From a virus (taxonomy: Duplodnaviria > Heunggongvirae > Uroviricota > Caudoviricetes), in IMG/VR virus record IMGVR_UViG_2579778674_000005: DNA of 4,377 nucleotides; one strand, given 5' to 3'. The position numbers and the translations under genes are program-made. The first letter of the stretch is position 1; each line of letters starts with the position of its first letter. Below the pieces are notes generated by a model, which searched no databases, was not told the DNA's origin, and saw nothing but the letters and a program-made list of their open reading frames with translations. Below, one piece after another: positions 1 through 4,377 of the stretch.

Positions 1-57
1 GAGATCAGCACGGCAGACGAAGGGGACGGTGGTCAGGTTGTGGTGATTGGTCGCTGA
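1..57 (+). CDS. I: 3' end of tail assembly protein I (lambda gpI-like); 5' end lies outside the window
   Basis: Frame 1 is open from position 1 to TGA at 55-57 and translates EISTADEGDGGQVVVIGR*. It ends 60 nt upstream of the J start, matching the I-J spacing and gpI C-terminus I recall for lambda. Recollection, not an alignment. Confidence 0.7.
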   Translation, partial: EISTADEGDGGQVVVIGR

Positions 58-75
58 TGAAAAACGTTTTATGTG

Positions 76-103
76 AAACCGCCTCCGGGCGGTTTTGTCG
101 TTT
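76..103 (+). other. Intergenic stem-loop (8-bp stem AAACCGCC / GGCGGTTT, 4-nt loop TCCG) followed by a T-rich tract; possible weak terminator, attenuator or mRNA stability element between I and J
   Basis: Read directly: gAAACCGCCtccgGGCGGTTTtgtcgttt. The inverted repeat is perfect and is followed by TTTTGTCGTTT. Function not established. Confidence 0.3.
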
Positions 104-104
104 A

Positions 105-109
105 TGGAG
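105..109 (+). promoter_or_regulatory. Shine-Dalgarno-like sequence (TGGAG) for J
   Basis: TGGAG lies 8 nt upstream of the J ATG at 118-120; an additional GAGG sits at 113-116. Confidence 0.45.
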
Positions 110-117
110 CGTGAGGA

Positions 118-282
118 ATGGGTAAAGGCAGCAGTAAGGGGCATACTCCGCGCGAAGCGAAGGACAACCTGAAGTCCACGCAGTTGCTGAGTGTGATCGA
201 TGCCATCAGCGAAGGGCCGGTTGAAGGTCCGGTGGATGGATTAAAAAGCGTGCTGCTGAACAGTACGCCGGTGCTGGACTGA
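118..282 (+). CDS. J: J N-terminal fragment (54 codons) ending at the premature in-frame TGA
   Basis: ATG at 118 with an upstream SD; translation MGKGSSKGHTPREAKDNLKSTQLLSVIDAISEGPVEGPVDGLKSVLLNSTPVLD*; TGA at 280-282 lies inside a 12-nt insertion. Confidence 0.6.
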   Translation: MGKGSSKGHTPREAKDNLKSTQLLSVIDAISEGPVEGPVDGLKSVLLNSTPVLD

Positions 283-291
283 GTGCTGGAC
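271..291. repeat. Short tandem duplication: GTGCTGGAC, TGA, GTGCTGGAC (net 12-nt insertion relative to the contiguous reading)
   Basis: Read directly: ccgGTGCTGGACtgaGTGCTGGACactgag. The encoded VLD tripeptide is repeated around a TGA codon. Confidence 0.8.
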
Positions 292-1692
292 ACTGAGGGG
301 AATACCAACATCTCCGGCGTCACGGTGGTGTTCCGGGCCGGTGAGCAGGAGCAGACACCGCCGGAGGGATTTGAATCCTCCGGCTCCGAGGCGGTGCTGG
401 GTACGGAAGTGAAATACGACACGCCGATTACCCGGACCATCACGTCGGCAAACATCGACCGTCTGCGCTTTACCTTCGGTGTGCAGGCACTGGTGGAAAC
501 CACCTCAAAGGGGGACCGGAATCCGTCGGAAGTCCGCCTGCTGGTTCAGATCCAGCGTAATGGTGGCTGGGTGACGGAAAAAGACATCACCATTAAGGGC
601 AAAACCACCTCGCAGTATCTGGCCTCGGTGGTGGTGGGTAACCTGCCGCCGCGCCCGTTTAATATCCGGATGCGCAGGATGACGCCGGACAGCACCACAG
701 ACCAGCTGCAGAACAAAACGCTCTGGTCGTCATACACCGAAATCATCGATGTGAAACAGTGCTACCCGAACACGGCACTGGTCGGCGTACAGGTGGATTC
801 GGAGCAGTTCGGCAGCCAGCAGGTGAGCCGTAATTATCATCTTCGCGGGCGCATTCTGCAGGTGCCGTCGAACTATAACCCGCAGACGCGACAATACAGC
901 GGTATCTGGGACGGAACGTTAAAACCGGCATACAGCAACAACATGGCCTGGTGTCTGTGGGATATGCTGACCCATCCGCGCTACGGCATGGGGAAACGTC
1001 TTGGTGTGGCGGATGTGGATAAATGGGCGCTGTATGTCATCGGCCAGAATTGCGACCAGTCGGTGCCGAACGGCTTTGGCGGCACGGAGCCGCGCATCAC
1101 CTGTAACGCTTACCTGACCACACAGCGCAAGGCGTGGGATGTGCTCAGTGATTTCTGCTCGGCGATGCGCTGTATGCCGGTATGGAACGGGCAGACGCTG
1201 ACGTTCGTGCAGGACCGACCGTCGGATAAGGTGTGGACCTATAACCGCAGTAATGTGGTGATGCCGGATGATGGCGCGCCGTTCCGCTACAGTTTCAGCG
1301 CCCTGAAAGACCGCCATAATGCCGTTGAGGTGAACTGGATTGACCCGAACAACGGTTGGGAGACGGCGACAGAGCTTGTTGAAGATACGCAGGCCATTGC
1401 CCGTTACGGTCGTAATGTCACGAAGATGGATGCCTTTGGTTGTACCAGTCGGGGGCAGGCACACCGAGCCGGGCTGTGGCTGATTAAAACGGAACTGCTG
1501 GAAACGCAGACCGTGGACTTCAGCGTGGGTGCGGAAGGGCTTCGCCATGTACCGGGGGATGTCATTGAAATCTGCGATGATGACTATGCCGGTATCAGCA
1601 CCGGCGGGCGCGTGCTGGCGGTGAACAGCCAGACCCGGACACTGACGCTCGACCGTGAAATCACGCTGCCAAGCCGGGCTGTGGCTGATTAA
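283..1692 (+). CDS. J: J internal fragment (frame 1), from just after the premature TGA to the stop created by the duplication frameshift
   Basis: ORF from the supplied track (GTG at 283). Its translation continues the gpJ sequence (…[33 protein letters not shown]…) and terminates at TAA 1690-1692 inside the second repeat copy, read out of frame. Whether it is translated independently is unknown. Confidence 0.7.
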   Translation: MLDTEGNTNISGVTVVFRAGEQEQTPPEGFESSGSEAVLGTEVKYDTPITRTITSANIDRLRFTFGVQALVETTSKGDRNPSEVRLLVQIQRNGGWVTEKDITIKGKTTSQYLASVVVGNLPPRPFNIRMRRMTPDSTTDQLQNKTLWSSYTEIIDVKQCYPNTALVGVQVDSEQFGSQQVSRNYHLRGRILQVPSNYNPQTRQYSGIWDGTLKPAYSNNMAWCLWDMLTHPRYGMGKRLGVADVDKWALYVIGQNCDQSVPNGFGGTEPRITCNAYLTTQRKAWDVLSDFCSAMRCMPVWNGQTLTFVQDRPSDKVWTYNRSNVVMPDDGAPFRYSFSALKDRHNAVEVNWIDPNNGWETATELVEDTQAIARYGRNVTKMDAFGCTSRGQAHRAGLWLIKTELLETQTVDFSVGAEGLRHVPGDVIEICDDDYAGISTGGRVLAVNSQTRTLTLDREITLPSRAVAD

Positions 1693-1876
1693 AACGGAAC
1701 TGCTGGAAACGCAGACCGTGGACTTCAGCGTGGGCGCAGAAGGGCTTCGCCATGTACCGGGCGATGTCATTGAAATCTGCGATGATGACTATGCGGGCAT
1801 CAGCACCGGCGGGCGCGTGCTGGCGGTGAACAGCCAGACGCGGACACTGACGCTCGACCGTGAAATCACGCTGCCA
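1467..1876. repeat. Imperfect direct tandem repeat, 2 x 205 nt (copy 1 1467-1671, copy 2 1672-1876), 199/205 identical
   Basis: Manual alignment of the two copies at a fixed 205-nt offset, with no gaps. Mismatches lie at 1530, 1533, 1557, 1590, 1593 and 1635 (copy-1 coordinates). Both copies encode the same peptide, [68 protein letters not shown], in different frames. Confidence 0.9.
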
Positions 1877-3814
1877 GCCTCCGGCACCACGCTGATAAGC
1901 CTGGTTGACGGGCAGGGGAGTCCGGTCAGCGTGGAGGTTCAGTCCGTCACCGACGGCGTGAAGGTAAAAGTGAGCCGGGTTCCTGACGGTGTTGCTGAAT
2001 ACAGCGTGTGGGGGCTTAAGCTGCCGACGCTGCGCCAGCGCCTGTTCCGCTGCGTGAGTATCCGTGAGAACGACGACGGCACGTATGCCATCACTGCCGT
2101 GCAGCATGTGCCGGAGAAAGAGGCCATCGTGGATAACGGGGCGCACTTTGACGGTGATCAGAGCGGCACGGTGAATGGTGTCACGCCGTCAGCAGTGCAG
2201 CATCTGACCGCCGAAGTCACTGCAGACAGCGGGGAATATCAGGTGCTGGCGCGATGGGACACGCCGAAGGTGGTGAAGGGGGTGAGCTTTATGCTTCGCC
2301 TGACTGTGGCAGCAGACGACGGCAGTGAGCGGCTGGTCAGCACGGCCCGGACGACGGAAACCACATACCGCTTCACGCAACTGGCGCTGGGAAACTACAG
2401 GCTGACAGTCAGGGCGGCAAATGCCTGGGGGCAGCAGGGCGATCCGGCGTCGGTATTGTTCCGGATTGCCGCACCGGCAGCACCGTCGCGGATTGAGCTG
2501 ACGCCGGGCTATTTTCAGATAACCGCCACGCCGCATCTTGCGGTTTATGATCCGACGGTACAGTTTGAGTTCTGGTTCTCGGAAAAACGGATTGCTGATA
2601 TCAGGCAGGTTGAAACCAGCGCGCGTTATCTTGGTACGGCGCTGTACTGGATAGCCGCCAGTATCAATATCAAACCGGGCCATGATTATTATTTTTACGT
2701 TCGCAGTGTGAACACCGTTGGCAAATCGGCATTCGTGGAGGCTGTTGGTCAGCCGAGTGATGATGCATCCGGCTATCTGGATTTTTTCAAAGGCGAGATA
2801 GGGAAAACCCATCTGGCTCAGGAGCTGTGGACGCAGATTGATAACGGTCAGCTTGCGCCTGACCTGACTGAAATCAGGACGTCCATTACGGATGTCAGCA
2901 ATGAAATCACGCAGACCGTCAATAAGAAACTGGAAGACCAGAGTGCGGCAATTCAGCAGATACAGAAGGTTCAGGTTGATACAAATAATAACCTGAACAG
3001 CATGTGGGCTGTGAAGCTGCAGCAGATGCAGGACGGACGCCTTTATATCGCGGGTATTGGTGCCGGTATTGAGAACACCCCTGACGGCATGCAGAGTCAG
3101 GTGCTGCTGGCGGCGGACAGGATTGCGATGATTAATCCTGCAAATGGCAACACAAAACCGATGTTTGTTGGTCAGGGTGATCAGATATTCATGAATGAAG
3201 TGTTCCTGAAATATCTGACGGCTCCCACCATTACCAGCGGCGGTAATCATCCGGCATTTTCCCTGACACCGGACGGGCGACTGACGGCGAAAAATGCGGA
3301 TATCAGTGGCAGTGTGAATGCTAACGCCGGGACGCTCAACAACGTTACGATAAATGAGAACTGTCAGATTAAAGGGAAACTGTCAGCCAACCAGATTGAA
3401 GGCGATATTGTCAAAACAGTGGGTAAGGCTTTTCCGCGGGACTCCCGGGCACCGGAGCGGTGGCCATCAGGGACCATTACCGTCAGGATTTATGACGATC
3501 AGCCTTTTGACAGGCAAATTGTTATTCCGGCGGTGGCATTCTGCGGCGCTAAACATGAGCGGGAGAATAACGATATTTATTCGTCATGCCGCCTGATAGT
3601 GAAGAAAAATGGTGCTGAAATTTATAACCGTACCGCGCTGGATAATACGCTGATTTACAGTGGTGTTATTGATATGCCAGCTGGTCACGGCCACATGACG
3701 CTGGAGTTTTCGGTGTCAGCATGGCTGGTAAATGACTGGTATCCCACAGCAAGTATCAGCGATTTGCTGGTTGTGGTGATGAAGAAAGCCACCGCAGGCA
3801 TCAGTATCAGCTGA
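1655..3814 (+). CDS. J: J C-terminal fragment (frame 2); the J-homologous part starts at about 1676 and includes FN3-like repeats and a divergent C-terminal receptor-binding region
   Basis: ORF from the supplied track (GTG at 1655). From [14 protein letters not shown]… onward it repeats and then continues the gpJ sequence, ending at TGA 3812-3814. The first 7 codons are not J-derived in this frame. Confidence 0.7.
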   Translation: MKSRCQAGLWLIKTELLETQTVDFSVGAEGLRHVPGDVIEICDDDYAGISTGGRVLAVNSQTRTLTLDREITLPASGTTLISLVDGQGSPVSVEVQSVTDGVKVKVSRVPDGVAEYSVWGLKLPTLRQRLFRCVSIRENDDGTYAITAVQHVPEKEAIVDNGAHFDGDQSGTVNGVTPSAVQHLTAEVTADSGEYQVLARWDTPKVVKGVSFMLRLTVAADDGSERLVSTARTTETTYRFTQLALGNYRLTVRAANAWGQQGDPASVLFRIAAPAAPSRIELTPGYFQITATPHLAVYDPTVQFEFWFSEKRIADIRQVETSARYLGTALYWIAASINIKPGHDYYFYVRSVNTVGKSAFVEAVGQPSDDASGYLDFFKGEIGKTHLAQELWTQIDNGQLAPDLTEIRTSITDVSNEITQTVNKKLEDQSAAIQQIQKVQVDTNNNLNSMWAVKLQQMQDGRLYIAGIGAGIENTPDGMQSQVLLAADRIAMINPANGNTKPMFVGQGDQIFMNEVFLKYLTAPTITSGGNHPAFSLTPDGRLTAKNADISGSVNANAGTLNNVTINENCQIKGKLSANQIEGDIVKTVGKAFPRDSRAPERWPSGTITVRIYDDQPFDRQIVIPAVAFCGAKHERENNDIYSSCRLIVKKNGAEIYNRTALDNTLIYSGVIDMPAGHGHMTLEFSVSAWLVNDWYPTASISDLLVVVMKKATAGISIS

Positions 3815-3832
3815 ATTTTATAACCCATATAC

Positions 3833-3857
3833 GGGCGCCAGAAATGGCGCCTTTTTT
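3833..3857 (+). terminator. Rho-independent terminator downstream of J (lambda tJ-like)
   Basis: A perfect GC stem (GGCGCC / GGCGCC, palindromic) with a 6-nt loop AGAAAT, followed immediately by TTTTTTATT, begins 19 nt after the J stop. On the minus strand the hairpin is followed by CGTATAT rather than a U-tract, so it is oriented for + strand transcripts. Confidence 0.8.
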
Positions 3858-3870
3858 ATTGCAGAAAAGC

Positions 3871-3876
3871 GAGAGG
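3871..3876 (+). promoter_or_regulatory. Shine-Dalgarno sequence (GAGAGG) for lom
   Basis: GAGAGG lies 5 nt upstream of the ATG at 3882. Confidence 0.6.
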
Positions 3877-3881
3877 TAATT

Positions 3882-4377
3882 ATGCGTAAAGTTTGTGCAG
3901 CCATTTTGTCCGCAGCCATCTGTCTGGCCGTATCCGGTGCGCCTGCATGGGCGTCTGAGCAGCAGGCCACACTGAGCGCAGGGTATCTTCATGCCCGTAC
4001 GAACGCTCCCGGCAGCGATAATCTGAACGGGATTAACGTGAAATACCGTTATGAGTTTACGGACACGCTGGGGCTGATTACGTCATTCAGTTATGCCAAC
4101 GCTGAAGATGAGCAAAAAACGCATTACAGCGATACCCGCTGGCATGAGGATTTCGTGCGTAACCGCTGGTTCAGCGTGATGGCGGGGCCGTCTGTGCGCG
4201 TGAATGAATGGTTCAGCGCGTATGCGATGGCGGGTATGGCTTACAGCCGTGTGTCGACTTTCTCCGGTTCGACTTTCTCCGGAGATTATATCCGCGTAAC
4301 TGACAACAAGGGGAAAACGCACGATGTGCTGACCGGAAGTGATGACGGTCGCCACAGCAACACGTCTCTGGCGTGGG
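3882..4377 (+). CDS. lom: Outer membrane protein Lom (Ail/Lom/OmpX/PagC beta-barrel family); 3' end lies outside the window
   Basis: ATG at 3882 with SD; frame open to the window edge with no stop. Translation MRKVCAAILSAAICLAVSGAPAWA|SEQQATLSAGYLHARTNAPGSDNLNGINVKYRYEFTDTLGL… has a typical Sec signal peptide with an AWA cleavage motif and matches lambda Lom as I recall it, in the same position immediately downstream of J. It is absent from the supplied ORF track, presumably because it has no stop in the window. Confidence 0.85.
   Translation, partial: MRKVCAAILSAAICLAVSGAPAWASEQQATLSAGYLHARTNAPGSDNLNGINVKYRYEFTDTLGLITSFSYANAEDEQKTHYSDTRWHEDFVRNRWFSVMAGPSVRVNEWFSAYAMAGMAYSRVSTFSGSTFSGDYIRVTDNKGKTHDVLTGSDDGRHSNTSLAW
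4254..4283. repeat. 15-nt tandem duplication within lom (TCGACTTTCTCCGGT / TCGACTTTCTCCGGA), in frame, encoding STFSG twice
   Basis: Read directly; 14/15 identical, and the single difference (GGT vs GGA) is synonymous. As I recall it, lambda Lom has a single STFSG at this position (…SRVSTFSGDY…). Confidence 0.8.

Larger units (their letters stand above)
118..3814 (+). pseudogene. J: Host specificity / tail tip (central tail fibre) protein J, lambda gpJ family; disrupted by an in-frame TGA at 280-282 and a +1 frameshift from a 205-nt tandem duplication at 1467-1876
   Basis: ATG at 118 begins MGKGSSKGHTPREAKDNLKSTQLLSVIDAISEGP..., the lambda gpJ N-terminus as I recall it. The protein continues in frame 1 to 1692 and in frame 2 from about 1676 to TGA at 3812-3814. 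Length minus the two insertions is 3480 nt, i.e. 1159 codons plus stop, against 1132 aa for lambda J. Gene order I-J-lom and both intergenic spacings match lambda. Confidence 0.85.

Noticed and set aside
102-503. 133-aa minus-strand ORF overlapping the J start, plus the small minus ORFs at 546-746 and 743-931
   Set aside because: Antisense to the conserved J N-terminus, with no supporting signals.
1650-1700. Possibility of programmed ribosomal frameshifting joining the two J frames
   Set aside because: The frame change is fully explained by the 205-nt duplication. No slippery heptamer or stimulatory structure is evident at the overlap, and lambda-type programmed frameshifting is known in G/GT, not J.
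919-1770. 283-aa ORF on the minus strand
   Set aside because: Lies entirely antisense to J, whose sense frame has a clear homologue. Long antisense ORFs are expected opposite a GC-rich coding strand, and it has no start context or recognisable protein features.
1467-1876. Possibility that the 205-nt repeat pair is a diversity-generating retroelement template/variable repeat pair
   Set aside because: DGR mutagenesis is specific to adenine positions of the template repeat. The six differences here are T/C, G/A, G/C, C/G, T/C and C/G, all synonymous. The copies are directly adjacent and no reverse transcriptase is in the window.
1661-2146. 161-aa and 62-aa (1939-2127) ORFs on the minus strand
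   Set aside because: Antisense to J. Part of the 161-aa translation duplicates the 919-1770 antisense ORF only because it covers the second copy of the 205-nt repeat.
2189-3250. 353-aa ORF on the minus strand
   Set aside because: Antisense to the central and C-terminal J coding region. The Arg/Cys/His-rich, low-complexity translation is typical of a spurious antisense frame.
3354-3596. 80-aa + strand ORF in an alternative frame inside J
   Set aside because: Fully embedded in the J reading frame in a different frame, with no RBS; most likely a chance ORF.
3807-3992. 61-aa minus-strand ORF spanning the J-lom intergenic region and the lom start
   Set aside because: Overlaps the terminator hairpin and is antisense to the lom signal peptide; the Cys/Arg/Gly-rich translation looks spurious.
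4083-4355. 90-aa minus-strand ORF
   Set aside because: Antisense to lom, whose sense frame is well supported.
1-4377. CRISPR arrays, tRNA/rRNA genes, IS elements or defence-system genes
   Set aside because: No spaced identical short repeats, no tRNA-like structures, no terminal inverted repeats or transposase-like ORFs. The window is fully accounted for by I, J and lom.

Overview
This window is the I–J–lom segment of a lambdoid phage or prophage late (tail) region, read on the + strand. It contains the last 18 codons of tail assembly gene I (1-57), a 60-nt intergenic hairpin, the host-specificity/tail-tip gene J (118-3814), a strong intrinsic terminator (3833-3857), and the 5' ~80% of the outer-membrane lysogenic-conversion gene lom (3882 to the window edge). 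Gene calls rest on my recollection of the phage lambda protein sequences and gene spacing; I could not run any alignment. I see no novel defence or other system here. The interesting content is structural: J is interrupted twice, by a 12-nt insertion that creates an in-frame TGA (280-282) and by a 205-nt imperfect tandem duplication (1467-1671 / 1672-1876) that shifts the frame by +1. Removing both restores one 1159-codon ORF. The two 205-nt copies differ at six sites, all synonymous third-codon positions, which points to a junction between two distinct functional J alleles (illegitimate recombination between co-resident prophages, or an assembly artefact) rather than decay after duplication. 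The C-terminal third of J diverges from lambda J in a mosaic pattern, and lom carries a 15-nt in-frame tandem duplication. The antisense ORFs in the supplied track look like artefacts of the GC-rich J coding strand.
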